Shown: positions 1-14,587, counted from the first letter of the stretch. The stretch is DNA of 64,000 bases from Eledone cirrhosa (GCA_964016885.1 OZ024742.1:364684001-364748000); one strand, 5' to 3'. The notes: generated from the letters alone by a model not told the origin. Numbers and translations: made by a program.

Positions 1-3000
1 GTTGTTGTAGAGTGTATATGGTTTGGTAATAGAGAATACCGGTGTTTGTTGTTGTAGACTATATATTGTTTGGTAATAGAGAATACCGGTGTTTGTTGTT
101 GTAGATTGTATATGGTTTGGTAATAGAGAATACCGGTGTTTGTTGTTGTAGACTGTATATGGTTTGGTAATAGAGAATACCGGTGTTTGTTGTTGTAGAC
201 TGTATATGGTTTGATAATAGAGAATATCGGTGTTTGTTGTTGAAGACTGTATATGGTTTGGTAATAGAGAATACCGGTGTTTGTTGTAGTAGACTGTATA
301 TGGTTTGGTAATAGAGAATACCGGTGTTTGTTGTTGTAGAGTGTATATGGTTTGGTAATAGAGAATACCGGTGTTTGTTGTTGTAGAGTGTATATGGTTT
401 GATAATAGAGAATACCGGTGTTTGTTGTTGTAGACTGTATATGGTTTGGTAATAGAGAATACCGGTGTTTGTTGTAGTAGACTGTATATGGTTTGGTAAT
501 AGAGAATACCGGTGTTTGTTGTTGTAGAGTGTATATGGTTTGATAATTGAGAACACCGGTGTTTGTTGTTGTAGACTGTATATGGTTTGATAATAGAGAA
601 CACCGGTGTTTGTTGTTGTAGAGTGTATATGGTTGGGTAATAGAGAATACCGGTGTTTGTTGTTGTAGACTGTATATGGTTTGGTAATAGAGAATACCGG
701 TGTTTGTTGTTGTAGACTGTATATGGTTTGATAATAGAGAATACCGGTGTTTGTTGTTGTAGATTATATGGTTTGATAATAGAGAACACCGGTGTTTGTT
801 GTTGTAGACTGTATATGGTTTGGTAATAGAGAATACCGGTGTTTGTTGTTTTAGACTTTATATGGATTGGTAATAGAAAACACCGGTGTTTGTTGTTGTA
901 GAGTGTATATGGTTTGATAATAGAGAATACCGGTGTTTGTTGTTGTAGAGTGTATATTGTTTGGTAATAGAGAATACCGCTGTTTGTTGTTGTAGACTGT
1001 ATATGGTTTGGTAATAGAGAATACCGGTGTTTGTTGTTGTAGACTGTATATGGTTTGGTAATAGAGAATACCGGTGTTTGTTGTTGTAGAGTGTATATGG
1101 TTTGGTAATAGAGAATACCGGTGTTTGTTGTTGTAGACTGTATATGGTTTGGTAATAGCGAATACCGGTGTTTGTTTTGTAGAGTGTATATGGTTTGGTA
1201 ATAGAGAATACCGGTGTTTGTTGTTGTAGAGTGTATATGGTTTGGTAATAGAGAATACCGGTGTTTGTTTCGTAGAGTGTATATGGTTTGGTAATAGAGA
1301 ATATCAGTGTTTGTTGTTGTAGACTGTATATGGTTTGATAATAGAGAATACCGGTGTTTGTTGTTGTAGACAGTATATGGTTTGATAATAGAGAATACCG
1401 GTGTTTGTTGTTGTAGAGTGTATATGGTTTGATAATAGAGAATACCGGTGTTTGTTGTTGTAGACAATATATGGTTTGATAATAGAGAACACCGGTGTTT
1501 GTCGTTGTAGACTGTATATGATTTGGTAATAGAGAATAGCGGTGTTTGTTGTTGTAGACTGTATATGGTTTGATAATAGAGAATACCGGTGTTTGTTGTT
1601 GTAGACTGTATATGGTTTGATAATAGAGAATACTGGTGTTTGTTGTTGTAGAGTGTATATGGTTTGGTAATAGAGAATACCGGTGTTTTTTGTTGTAGAC
1701 TGTATATGGTTTGGTAATAGAGAATACCGGTGTTTGTTGTTGTAGACTGTATATGGTTTGGTAATAGAGAATACCGGTGTTTGTTGTTGTAGAGTGTATA
1801 TGGTTTGGTAATAGAGAATACCGGTGTTTGTTGTAGTAGACTGTATATGGTTTGGTAATAGAGAATACCGGTGTTTGTTGTTGTAGAGTGTATATGGTTT
1901 GGTAATAGAGAATACCGGTGTTTGTTGTTGTAGATTGTATGTGGTTTGATAATAGAGAATACCGGTGTTTGTTGTTGTAGACTGGATATGGTTGGGTAAT
2001 AGAGAATACCGGTGTTTGTTGTTGTAGAGTGTATATGGTTTGGTAATAGAGAATACCGGTGTTTGTTGTAGTAGACTGTATATGCTTTGGTAATAGAGAA
2101 TACCGGTATTTGTTGTTGTAGAGTGTATATGGTTTGGTAATAGAGAATACCGGTGTTTGTTGTTGTAGACTGTATGTGGTTTGATAATAGAGAATACCGG
2201 TGTTTGTTGTTGTAGACTGGATATGGTTGGGTAATAGAGAATACCGGTGTTTGTTGTTGTAGACTGTATATGGTTTGGTAATAGAGAATACCGGTGTTTG
2301 TTGTAGTAGACTATATATGGTTTGGTAATAGAGAATACCGGTGTTTGTTGTTGTAGACTGTATATGGTTTGGTAATAGAGAATACCGGTGTTTGTTGTTG
2401 TAGACTGTATATGGTTTGGTAATAGAGAATACCGGTGTTTGTTGTAGTAGACTGTATATGGTTTGGTAATAGAGAATACCGGTGTTTGTTGTTGTAGACT
2501 GGATATGGTTTGGTAATAGAGAATACCGGTGTTTGTTGTAGTAGACTATATATGGTTTGGTAATAGAGAATACCGGTGTTTGTTGTAGTAGACTGTATAT
2601 GGTTTGGTAATAGAGAATACCGGTGTTTGTTGTTGTAGAGTGTATATGGTTTGGTAATAGAGAATACCGGTGTTTGTTGTTGTAGATTGTATGTGGTTTG
2701 ATAATAGAGAATACCGGTGTTTGTTGTTGTAGACTGGATATGGTTGGGTAATAGAGAATACCGGTGTTTGTTGTTGTAGAGTGTATATGGTTTGGTAATA
2801 GAGAATACCGGTGTTTGTTGTAGTAGACTGTATATGGTTTGGTAATAGAGAATACCGGTATTTGTTGTTGTAGAGTGTATATGGTTTGGTAATAGAGAAT
2901 ACCGGTGTTTGTTGTTGTAGACTGTATGTGGTTTGATAATAGAGAATACCGGTGTTTGTTGTTGTAGACTGGATATGGTTGGGTAATAGAGAATACCGGT

Positions 3001-6000
3001 GTTTGTTGTTGTAGACTGTATATGGTTTGGTAATAGAGAATGCCGGTGTTTGTTGTAGTAGACTATATATGGTTTGGTAATAAAGAATACCGGTGTTTGT
3101 TGTTGTAGACTGTATATGGTTTGGTAATAGAGAATACCGGTGTTTGTTGTTGTAGAGTGTATATTGTTTGGTAATAGAGAATACCGCTGTTTGTTGTTGT
3201 AGACTGTATATGGTTTGGTAATAGAGAATACCGGTGTTTGTTGTTGTAGACTGTATATGGTTTGGTAATAGAGAATACCGGTGTTTGTTGTTGTAGAGTG
3301 TATATGGTTTGGTAATAGAGAATACCGGTGTTTGTTGTTGTAGACTGTATATGGTTTGGTAATAGCGAATACCGGTGTTTGTTTTGTAGAGTGTATATGG
3401 TTTGGTAATAGAGAATACCGGTGTTTGTTGTTGTAGAGTGTATATGGTTTGGTAATAGAGAATACCGGTGTTTGTTTCGTAGAGTGTATATGGTTTGGTA
3501 ATAGAGAATATCAGTGTTTGTTGTTGTAGACTGTATATGGTTTGATAATAGAGAATACCGGTGTTTGTTGTTGTAGACAGTATATGGTTTGATAATAGAG
3601 AATACCGGTGTTTGTTGTTGTAGAGTGTATATGGTTTGATAATAGAGAATACCGGTGTTTGTTGTTGTAGACAATATATGGTTTGATAATAGAGAACACC
3701 GGTGTTTGTCGTTGTAGACTGTATATGATTTGGTAATAGAGAATAGCGGTGTTTGTTGTTGTAGACTGTATATGGTTTGATAATAGAGAATACCGGTGTT
3801 TGTTGTTGTAGACTGTATATGGTTTGATAATAGAGAATACTGGTGTTTGTTGTTGTAGAGTGTATATGGTTTGGTAATAGAGAATACCGGTGTTTTTTGT
3901 TGTAGACTGTATATGGTTTGGTAATAGAGAATACCGGTGTTTGTTGTTGTAGACTGTATATGGTTTGGTAATAGAGAATACCGGTGTTTGTTGTTGTAGA
4001 CTGTATGTGGTTTGATAATAGAGAATACCGGTGTTTGTTGTTGTAGACTGGATATGGTTGGGTAATAGAGAATACCGGTGTTTGTTGTTGTAGACTGTAT
4101 ATGGTTTGGTAATAGAGAATACCGGTGTTTGTTGTAGTAGACTATATATGGTTTGGTAATAGAGAATACCGGTGTTTGTTGTTGTAGACTGTATATGGTT
4201 TGGTAATAGAGAATACCGGTGTTTGTTGTTGTAGACTGTATATGGTTTGGTAATAGAGAATACCGGTGTTTGTTGTAGTAGACTGTATATGGTTTGGTAA
4301 TAGAGAATACCGGTGTTTGTTGTTGTAGACTGGATATGGTTTGGTAATAGAGAATACCGGTGTTTGTTGTAGTAGACTATATATGGTTTGGTAATAGAGA
4401 ATACCGGTGTTTGTTGTTGTAGACTGTATATGGTTTGGTAATAGAGAATACCGGTGTTTGTTGTTGTAGACTGTATATGGTTTGGTAATAGAGAATACCG
4501 GTGTTTGTTGTAGTAGACTATATATGGTTTGGTAATAGAGAATACCGGTGTTTGTTGTTGTAGACTGTATATGGTTTGGTAATAGAGAATACCGGTGTTT
4601 GTTGTTGTAGACTGTATGTGGTTTGATAATAGAGAATACCGGTGTTTGTTGTTGTAGACTGGATATGGTTGGGTAATAGAGAATACCGGTGTTTGTTGTT
4701 GTAGACTGTATATGGTTTGGTAATAGAGAATACCGGTGTTTGTTGTAGTAGACTATATATGGTTTGGTAATAGAGAATACCGGTGTTTGTTGTTGTAGAC
4801 TGTATATGGTTTGGTAATAGAGAATACCGGTGTTTGTTGTTGTAGACTGTATATGGTTTGGTAATAGAGAATACCGGTGTTTGTTGTAGTAGACTGTATA
4901 TGGTTTGGTAATAGAGAATACCGGTGTTTGTTGTTGTAGACTGGATATGGTTTGGTAATAGAGAATACCGGTGTTTGTTGTAGTAGACTATATATGGTTT
5001 GGTAATAGAGAATACCGGTGTTTGTTGTTGTAGACTGTATATGGTTTGGTAATAGAGAATACCGGTGTTTGTTGTTGTAGACTGTATATGGTTTGGTAAT
5101 AGAGAATACCGGTGTTTGTTGTAGTAGACTATATATGGTTTGGTAATAGAGAATACCGGTGTTTGTTGTTGTAGACTGTATATGGTTTGGTAATAGAGAA
5201 TACCGGTGTTTGTTGTTGTAGACTGTATATGGTTTGGTAATAGAGAATACCGGTGTTTGTTGTTGTAGACTGTATATGGTTGGGTAATAGAGAATACCGG
5301 TGTTTGTTGTTGTAGACTATATATTGTTTGGTAATAGAGAATACCGGTGTTTGTTGTTGTAGACTGTATATGGTTTGGTAATAGAGAATACCGGTGTTTG
5401 TTGTAGTAGACTGTATATGGTTTGGTAATAGAGAATACCGGTGTTTGTTGTTGTAGACTGTATATGGTTTGGTAATAGAGAATACCGGTGTTTGTTGTTG
5501 TAGACTGTATATGGTTTGGTAATAGAGAATACCGGTGTTTGTTGTAGTAGACTGTATATGGTTTGGTAATAGAGAATACCGGTGTTTGTTGTTGTAGACT
5601 GTATATGGTTGGGTAATAGAGAATACCGGTGTTTGTTGTTGTAGAGTGTATATGGTTTGGTAATAGAGAATACCGGTGTTTGTTGTTGTAGACTATATAT
5701 TGTTTGGTAATAGAGAATACCGGTGTTTGTTGTTGTAGACTGTATATGGTTTGGTAATAGAGAATACCGGTGTTTGTTGTTGTAGACTGTATATGGTTTG
5801 GTAATAGAGAATACCGGTGTTTGTTGTAGTAGACTGTATATGGTTTGGTAATAGAGAATACCGGTGTTTGTTGTTGTAGACTGTATATGGTTGGGTAATA
5901 GAGAATACCGGTGTTTGTTGTTGTAGAGTGTATATGGTTTGGTAATAGAGAATACCGGTGTTTGTTGTTGTAGACTATATATTGTTTGGTAATAGAGAAT

Positions 6001-9000
6001 ACCGGTGTTTGTTGTTGTAGATTGTATATGGTTTGGTAATATAGAATACCGGTGTTTGTTGTTTTAGACTGTATATGGTTTGGTAATAGAGAATACCGGT
6101 GTTTGTTGTTGTAGACTGTATATGGTTTGGTAATAGAGAATACCGGTGTTTGTTGTTGTAGACTGTATATGGTTTGGTAATAGAGAATACCGGTGTTTGT
6201 TGTAGTAGACTGTATATGGTTTGGTAATAGAGAATACCGGTGTTTGTTGTTGTAGAGTGTATATGGTTTGGTAATAGAGAATACCGGTGTTTGTTGTTGT
6301 AGAGTGTATATGGTTTGATAATAGAGAATACCGGTGTTTGTTGTTGTAGACTGTATATGGTTTGGTAATAGAGAATACCGGTGTTTGTTGTAGTAGACTG
6401 TATATGGTTTGGTAATAGAGAATACCGGTGTTTGTTGTTGTAGAGTGTATATGGTTTGATAATAGAGAACACCGGTGTTTGTTGTTGTAGACTGTATATG
6501 GTTTGATAATAGAGAACACCGGTGTTTGTTGTTGTAGAGTGTATATGGTTGGGTAATAGAGAATACCGGTGTTTGTTGTTGTAGACTGTATATGGTTTGG
6601 TAATAGAGAATACCGGTGTTTGTTGTTGTAGACTGTATATGGTTTGATAATAGAGAATACCGGTGTTTGTTGTTGTAGACTATATGGTTTGATAATAGAG
6701 AACACCGGTGTTTGTTGTTGTAGACTGTATATGGTTTGGTAATAGAGAATACCGGTGTTTGTTGTTTTAGACTGTATATGGATTGGTAATAGAAAACACC
6801 GGTGTTTGTTGTTGTAGAGTGTATATGGTTTGATAATAGAGAATACCGGTGTTTGTTGTTGTAGAGTGTATATTGTTTGGTAATAGAGAATACCGCTGTT
6901 TGTTGTTGTAGACTGTATATGGTGTGGTAATAGAGAATACCGGTGTTTGTTGTTGTAGACTGTATATGGTTTGGTAATAGAGAATACCGGTGTTTGTTGT
7001 TGTAGAGTGTATATGGTTTGGTAATAGAGAATACCGGTGTTTGTTGTTGTAGACTGTATATGGTTTGGTAATAGCGAATACCGGTGTTTGTTTTGTAGAG
7101 TGTATATGGTTTGGTAATAGAGAATACCGGTGTTTGTTGTTGTAGAGTGTATATGGTTTGGTAATAGAGAATACCGGTGTTTGTTTCGTAGAGTGTATAT
7201 GGTTTGGTAATAGAGAATACCAGTGTTTGTTGTTGTAGACTGTATATGGTTTGATAATAGAGAATACCGGTGTTTGTTGTTGTAGACATTATATGGTTTG
7301 ATAATAGAGAATACCGGTGTTTGTTGTTGTAGAGTGTATATGGTTTGATAATAGAGAATACCGGTGTTTGTTGTTGTAGACATTATATGGTTTGATAATA
7401 GAGAACACCGGTGTTTGTCGTTGTAGACTGTATATGATTTGGTAATAGAGAATAGCGGTGTTTGTTGTTGTAGACTGTATATGGTTTGATAATAGAGAAT
7501 ACCGGTGTTTGTTGTTGTAGACTGTATATGGTTTGATAATAGAGAATACTGGTGTTTGTTGTTGTAGAGTGTATATGGTTTGGTAATAGAGAATACCGGT
7601 GTTTTTTGTTGTAGACTGTATATGGTTTGGTAATAGAGAATACCGGTGTTTGTTGTTGTAGACTGTATATGGTTTGGTAATAGAGAATACCGGTGTTTGT
7701 TGTTGTAGAGTGTATATGGTTTGGTAATAGAGAATACCGGTGTTTGTTGTAGTAGACTGTATATGGTTTGGTAATAGAGAATACCGGTGTTTGTTGTTGT
7801 AGAGTGTATATGGTTTGGTAATAGAGAATACCGGTGTTTGTTGTTGTAGATTGTATGTGGTTTGATAATAGAGAATACCGGTGTTTGTTGTTGTAGACTG
7901 GATATGGTTGGGTAATAGAGAATACCGGTGTTTGTTGTTGTAGAGTGTATATGGTTTGGTAATAGAGAATACCGGTGTTTGTTGTAGTAGACTGTATATG
8001 GTTTGGTAATAGAGAATACCGGTATTTGTTGTTGTAGAGTGTATATGGTTTGGTAATAGAGAATACCGGTGTTTGTTGTTGTAGACTGTATGTGGTTTGA
8101 TAATAGAGAATACCGGTGTTTGTTGTTGTAGACTGGATATGGTTGGGTAATAGAGAATACCGGTGTTTGTTGTTGTAGACTGTATATGGTTTGGTAATAG
8201 AGAATACCGGTGTTTGTTGTAGTAGACTATATATGGTTTGGTAATAGAGAATACCGGTGTTTGTTGTTGTAGACTGTATATGGTTTGGTAATAGAGAATA
8301 CCGGTGTTTGTTGTTGTAGACTGTATATGGTTTGGTAATAGAGAATACCGGTGTTTGTTGTAGTAGACTGTATATGGTTTGGTAATAGAGAATACCGGTG
8401 TTTGTTGTTGTAGAGTGTATATGGTTTGGTAATAGAGAATACCGGTGTTTGTTGTTGTAGACTATATATGGTTTGGTAATAGAGAATACCGGTGTTTGTT
8501 GTTGTAGACTGTATATGGTTTGGTAATAGAGAATACCGGTGTTTGTTGTTGTAGAGTGTATATGGTTTGATAATAGAGAATACCGGTGTTTGTTGTAGTA
8601 GACTGTATATGGTTTGGTAATAGAGAATACCGGTGTTTGTTGTTGTAGACTGTATATGGTTTGGTAATAGAGAATACCGGTGTTTGTTGTTGTAGAGTGT
8701 ATATGGTTTGATAAAAGAGAATACCGGTGTTTGTTGTTGTAGAGTGTATATGGTTTGGTAATAGAGAATACCGGTGTTTGTTGTTGTAGACTGTATATGG
8801 TTTGATAATAGAGAATACCGGTGTTTGTTGTTATAGACTGTATATGGTTTGATAATAGAGAATACCGGTGTTTGTTGTTGTAGAGTGTATATGGTTTGAT
8901 AATAGAGAATACCGGTGTTTGTTGTTGTAGACTGTATATGGTTTGATAATAGAGAATACCGGTGTTTGTTGTTGTAGAGTGTATATGGTTTGATAAAAGA

Positions 9001-9926
9001 GAATACCGGTGTTTGTTGTTGTAGAGTGTATATGGTTTGGTAATAGAGAATACCGGTGTTTGTTGTTGTAGACTGTATATGGTTTGATAATAGAGAATAC
9101 CGGTGTTTGTTGTTGTAGACTGTATATGGTTTGGTAATAGAGAATACCGGTGTTTGTTGTTGTAGAGTGTATATGGTTTGATAATAGAGAATACCGGTGT
9201 TTGTTGTAGTAGACTGTATATGGTTTGGTAATAGAGAATACCGGTGTTTGTTGTTGTAGAGTGTATATGGTTTGATAAAAGAGAATACCGGTGTTTGTTG
9301 TTGTAGACTGTATATGGTTTGGTAATAGAGAATACCGGTGTTTGTTGTTGTAGAGTGTATATGGTTTGATAATAGAGAATACTGGTGTTTGTTGTTGTAG
9401 ACTGTATATGGTTTGGTAATAGAGAATACCGGTGTTTGTTGTTGTAGAGTGTATATGGTTTGATAATAGAGAACACCGGTGTTTGTTGTTGTAGACTGTA
9501 TATGGTTTGGTAATAGAGAATACCGGTGTTTGTTGTTGTAGAGTGTATATGGTTTGATAATAGAGAATACCGGTGTTTGTTGTTGTAGACTGTATATGGT
9601 TTGATAATAGAGAATACCGGTGTTTGTTGTTGTAGACTGTATATGGTTTGATAATAGAGAATACCGGTGTTTGTTGTAGTAGACTGTATATGGTTTGATA
9701 TTAGAGATACCGGTGTTTGTTGTTGTAGACTGTATATGGTTTGATAACCATATACAGATCTCTAGTTTGATATTAGAGATACCGGTGTTTGTTGTAGTAG
9801 ACTGTATATTGTTTGGTAATAGAGAATACCGGTGTTTGTTGTTGTAGACTGTATATGGTTTGATAACCATATACAGATATCTAGTTTGATATTAGAGATA
9901 ACGGTGTTTGTTGTAGTAGACTGTAT
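1..9926. repeat. 47-bp tandem satellite (~210 units, runs off the window start)
   Basis: Unit GTTGTTGTAGA(C/G)TGTATATGGTTTG(G/A)TAATAGAGAATACCGGTGTTT. The unit is not a multiple of 3, so the minus-strand ORFs cycle through all three frames of one unit. Confidence 0.98.
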
Positions 9927-10134
9927 ACACATCTCCGTCATAACCGAAAAGAACTACGATAAAAAATATTCCAGCCAGGATTCACACGCATTCTTTATTC
10001 CAGCTTCTTGTATCTTCAACAAAACTAATCAATATGCTATTTGTTGTTAGTGAAACGAACTCATAGACGTTCCAACATTAGCTCGTACAGAATATAGAGA
10101 GGCAAACATATAAAGTATTCCTCAATATTGTCAA

Positions 10135-10305
10135 TATCGGTAGAGGGTCGGACGCAATGCTTTGCAGCACAGTTACGTCCCTTTACGGATTGAGTTCAAA
10201 TCCAGCCGATGTTAACTTTGCCTTTCATACTTACGGAATCGATAAAATATAGTACCAGTAATGTACTGCGTAATTGCTGGTCTTGTGCCAAAAGCAGAAG
10301 CAATT
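10135..10305 (+). mobile_element. tRNA-derived SINE (family S1), 5'-truncated
   Basis: B-box-like GAGTTCAAATCC, TTTGCCTTTCAT..GATAAAATA.AGTACCAGT core and CTTGTGCCAAAAG tail, shared with >10 copies in the window. Confidence 0.85.
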
Positions 10306-11131
10306 ATTAAGGAAAAATATAAAAAAACAAAATTTGGTCTTTTTGTTCTTTAGGGAATTATTGCATATATTATGTTATTTAAAGAAAATTCTTTTTTTTT
10401 TCGAATATGTTTTCTTGTTATTTCAGTGATCGGTGGATGACAGAATATATATATAGGGTGTCACAAAAATGTATACACACTTTAACAGCATTCTAATAAA
10501 TATTGCCTGTATATGTGAGAAAAGTGTGTATATATTTTGAGGGGATATATATTTATCGACTGTGCCATCATTGGTTGCAATAATTTATTATGAGCATAAA
10601 TACTTAAATTCATTTCATCACTTGATCTGCCAAGCTTTGCTCTGCTGCTGACAAACGAGGCATGTCACATTTTTCTCTCTCTTCAATGTTATATTTTATA
10701 TTTTCCACAATTTTTTATTGACAGTTGTGTTTTATTTATTTTGTTATCTTTTTTCTTGTTATTTTATCATTCTGATTCAATGCATCGATTTAGTTTCAGA
10801 TCCAAATTTCTCAATACTTTCCTATCAAACTCTTCTGCGTCTATCAATGTCACCAAGTGTACTTTCTGCATTAATATCAGTAGTTCTGTGTCCTAGTGCG
10901 CATGTTTTATGTTCTAGCAATAAATAATAGTTTGTGCTGGATTGAACACATTTATTCTATTAAGAACTTTCTAGAATGTCTAGCAATTTCATTAATTATG
11001 TCACACCTAATCTTTTATTCTTTTATATGTTTCTGTCATTCGATAACTGTGAAGCCCTGGTACAGCTTTCAAGGGGGTTTAGCTGATTATATCAAACTCC
11101 AGCAGTTTACTTTTTTATCTTCCTCTTGGTC

Positions 11132-11204
<73 letters not shown>

Positions 11205-11697
11205 GTGGAAGCTTAGTAAAATCGAAGCTTTGGCTGTGGGCAAGGAAAGTCGACCTAAAATATGAATGAGTTAGCAAAGCACTCAATAAGGGTAGGTCTT
11301 TAGAGTAACAACATACGTTTAAATAGGTTGACAAATTGAACATTGTGGTAGGCCAAACATAACACACAATACCAGAGCAACGAAAAAACTAACAGGTTAA
11401 AAAAGATACACCTGGACAAATTAAACGATATACGTTTAAAGTGTTTCCGTGAATCCGAAATCAAATATCCGACTTACGTAACAAGCACGTGGTATTCCAT
11501 GATCGAACAGAGGATTCATTTCATCAACAGGAGTTCCGTTCTTTCCAAAAGCGAGGTGGATTCTAAATGCTGCCGCCATGAGCGAGCTGAACGCACATTT
11601 ATATATCACGTGTTATTTCCAACAAGTGAAGCAACCCTCGGTTTTGGCGGGTAGATTCGAAGTGTTAAACAAAGGAAATATTATAATTTCCGCTAAC

Positions 11698-11759
<62 letters not shown>

Positions 11760-11761
<2 letters not shown>

Positions 11762-12193
11762 TTTCGTATTTCTTAAGAAACACGGTATTAGGAGGCCGTA
11801 GCTATGCAAACACCGGGGCTAACGCCCTCTGGTGGTGTCCAGCAGAAGCAAGGGGGACAACCGTCTATGCATTTCAGGCTTGACTGGCCTTCGTCATGAC
11901 GGTCCCTACCACCGCTTGCTACTGTTGTCGAGAATATATAGTTAGCTCGTCTGTGTAAATGAGGTGATTAATCTCATTTGCATATGAAGCTGCATAAGTT
12001 GGCTCAACTTATAATATAAAAGAAATAGGATTTCGCTTCAAGCATAGCTTTATACAATATGTATAGAAATTTCGTATTTCTAAAGAAATACGGTTTTAGG
12101 AAGCCGTAGCTATGCAAACATCAGGGCGCTAACGCCCTCCGTCCATAGCTACGGCCTCATAATACCGTATTTCTTCAGAAATATGAAATTTCT

Positions 12194-12195
<2 letters not shown>
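11760..12195 (-). mobile_element. Non-autonomous PLE-like element between (AT)n tracts, with direct plus inverted terminal repeats
   Basis: 11760-11829 is directly repeated at ~12068-12139 and inverted at ~12145-12191. It contains a hammerhead motif and has (AT)n on both sides. Confidence 0.7.
11860..11903 (-). ncRNA. Minimal type I hammerhead ribozyme motif (C3A variant)
   Basis: Minus strand: ACCGTC-ATGACGA-AGGC(cagtcaa)GCCT-GAAA-TGCA-TA-GACGGT. Stem I is 6 bp, stem II is 4 bp and stem III is palindromic. Confidence 0.8.
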
Positions 12196-12228
<33 letters not shown>

Positions 12229-12302
12229 CGGTCTAATTATTATCGAACCACTAAGATGCAAAGATTCAATGTAACAACAGTTACGGCCTCAAATATATAC
12301 AT

Positions 12303-12428
<126 letters not shown>

Positions 12429-13162
12429 GATTTATTGATTAGGATGTTCATCTCACAATCGTAACGTTATTAGTTCAATTCCCAGAGTGCCTTATGTCCT
12501 TCAGTAATATATTTTATTTCGCATAGTCCCAGTCCACTCAGTTGTTAGAAATAAGTCCTTCCTGACAATGTTCGACCTTGTCTCCTACTGTATCATATGG
12601 AACAGCCCTGGGAATTACATTAAGTATACATGCAGCTGTAGAATATTCAATATCCTGCATGTAAATCTCTTGGCTGTTCCGCTGAACAAGCATATTGGAA
12701 TTTTCACCCAGTTGAGCAACGGAGGTCCAGAATAATCTCACGCATACACTCACACACATACACAGAAACACACACACACACACATACACAGAGGCACAGG
12801 CACATACACACAGACACACACAGACACACACACGTGCACACATACACACAGACACACGACACATACACACGCATACACACACACACACAGACACACACAT
12901 ACACACATACACACAGACACACAAAAACACCCCTGTTTCGATTCGATTCGAACACCCTGTCAGATTCGATTATATATTCAAATATTCCCTAACTAAATCG
13001 AAATAAGATGATTTTGTATGAAATTGAAACGTTTCAGGTATTTCTACAATGAAAGCTGATGGGGAAGTGTTTGTTGAATTGAGGGAGTTATAGACTTGCT
13101 AAAGTTGGATATTATTGCCAGAGAGGCTTATGATGAGTGTGATAAATATATATAGACAGAGA

Positions 13163-13660
13163 GGTGTGTGGTGTGGTGTACTGTGTGTGCTGTGTGTTGT
13201 GGTGTGTGGTGTGTAGTGTGGTGTGTGTGGTGTGGTGTGTAGTGGTGTGTAGTATGGTGTGGTGTGGTGTGTGTGGTGTGTGGTGTAGTATGTGGTGTGT
13301 AGTGGTGTGTAGTGTGGTGTGGTGTGGTATGTGTGGTGTGTAGTGGTGTGTAGTGTGGTGTGGTTTGTGTGGTGTGTAGTGGTGTGTAGTGTGGTGTATG
13401 TGTGGGGTATAGTGGTGTGTAGTGTCGTGTGTGTGTGGTGTGTGTGGTGTGTAGTGTGGTGTGTGTGGTGTGTGTGGTGTGTAGTGTGGTGTGTGTGTGG
13501 TGTGTAGTATGGTGTGCGGTGTGTAGTGGTGTATGTGTGGTGTGTGTGGTGTGTAGTGTGGTGTGTGGTGTGTAGTGGTGTGTAGTGGGGTGTGTGTGGT
13601 GTGTGGTGTGTAGTGGTGTGTAGTGGTGTGTAGTGTGGTGTGTGTGGTGTGTGTGTGTGT
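13163..13660. repeat. Degenerate GT-rich simple repeat (GTGTG/GTGTAGTG)
   Basis: Low-complexity tract. It is followed by (GA)n at 13713-13788. Confidence 0.93.
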
Positions 13661-13709
13661 TACTTTTAGTCAAGGAATAGAAGATGAAATAGAGTGAATA
13701 GAGTATGAT

Positions 13710-13792
<83 letters not shown>

Positions 13793-13879
13793 TAGTTGTG
13801 ACTGGAGCAGAATAATTGCCGAGAGTTAAATAATCTTCCTCAACCGAACAATGGATTACTTGTCTAATTGTAAAACTGA

Positions 13880-13954
13880 AATACCGTTTAAGTAGTGTGT
13901 ATGATATTATGGGGACAATGACATTGCCATGTAGACAAAAATATGTAAAAATAC

Positions 13955-14039
<85 letters not shown>

Positions 14040-14124
14040 TATATACAGGTATTTTTATATATTTTTTCTACATGGCAATGTCATTTTCCCCATAATATCA
14101 TACACACTACTTAAATGGTATTTA
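13880..14124. repeat. ~80-bp inverted repeat enclosing an (AT)n tract
   Basis: AAATACCGTTTAAGTAGTGTGTATGATATTATGGGG...ATACCTG is reverse-complemented at ~14046-14124. Confidence 0.9.
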
Positions 14125-14132
14125 TATATGTG

Positions 14133-14186
<54 letters not shown>

Positions 14187-14500
14187 TTTACATATATATA
14201 TACATACACATACATATACGTGTTTTGCAACTGGTCACTTTTTGTATGTGTATGTGTATGTGTTTGTATATGTATGTGTATGTATATATATATCTAAACT
14301 TTTATATGTAATAATCTCCCACTAGGTTGAGATACAAATTTGGCTGTATTGTGCTGTGCTTTCTAGCAAAAATGCCACCAGTCGTAAGCAACTACTACAA
14401 CCCCTTCCAACTTGACCGCGACTACGTCACGATTTTTAGCCATCTTGAAATGAATTCTTGGCGCGATCGTTTTGGAAATTTAATGTCTAGATATGAGCGA

Positions 14501-14587
14501 GCTTCCTGAAGAATCCGGCGCTCGACTTTATATAATTATTACATAATTATTGATAACTCAAAACACGGACGAAACCATGGTAGAGGT
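14501..14587 (+). ncRNA. Minimal type I hammerhead ribozyme, intact core, long loop 2
   Basis: GCTTC-CTGAAGA-aTCCG(~50 nt)CGGAc-GAAA-CCATGG-TA-GAGGT. It lies in an island (~14320-14850) between (AT)-rich microsatellites. Confidence 0.8.

Noticed and set aside
59-9870. Long minus-strand ORFs (up to 923 aa)
   Set aside because: They are translations of a 47-bp satellite cycling through all three frames, with arbitrary starts and stops.
11430-11535. Possible minus-strand hammerhead (TTGATGA...TGAATCC/GGATTCA...GAAAC)
   Set aside because: The core is mutated and there is no convincing stem I or palindromic stem III.
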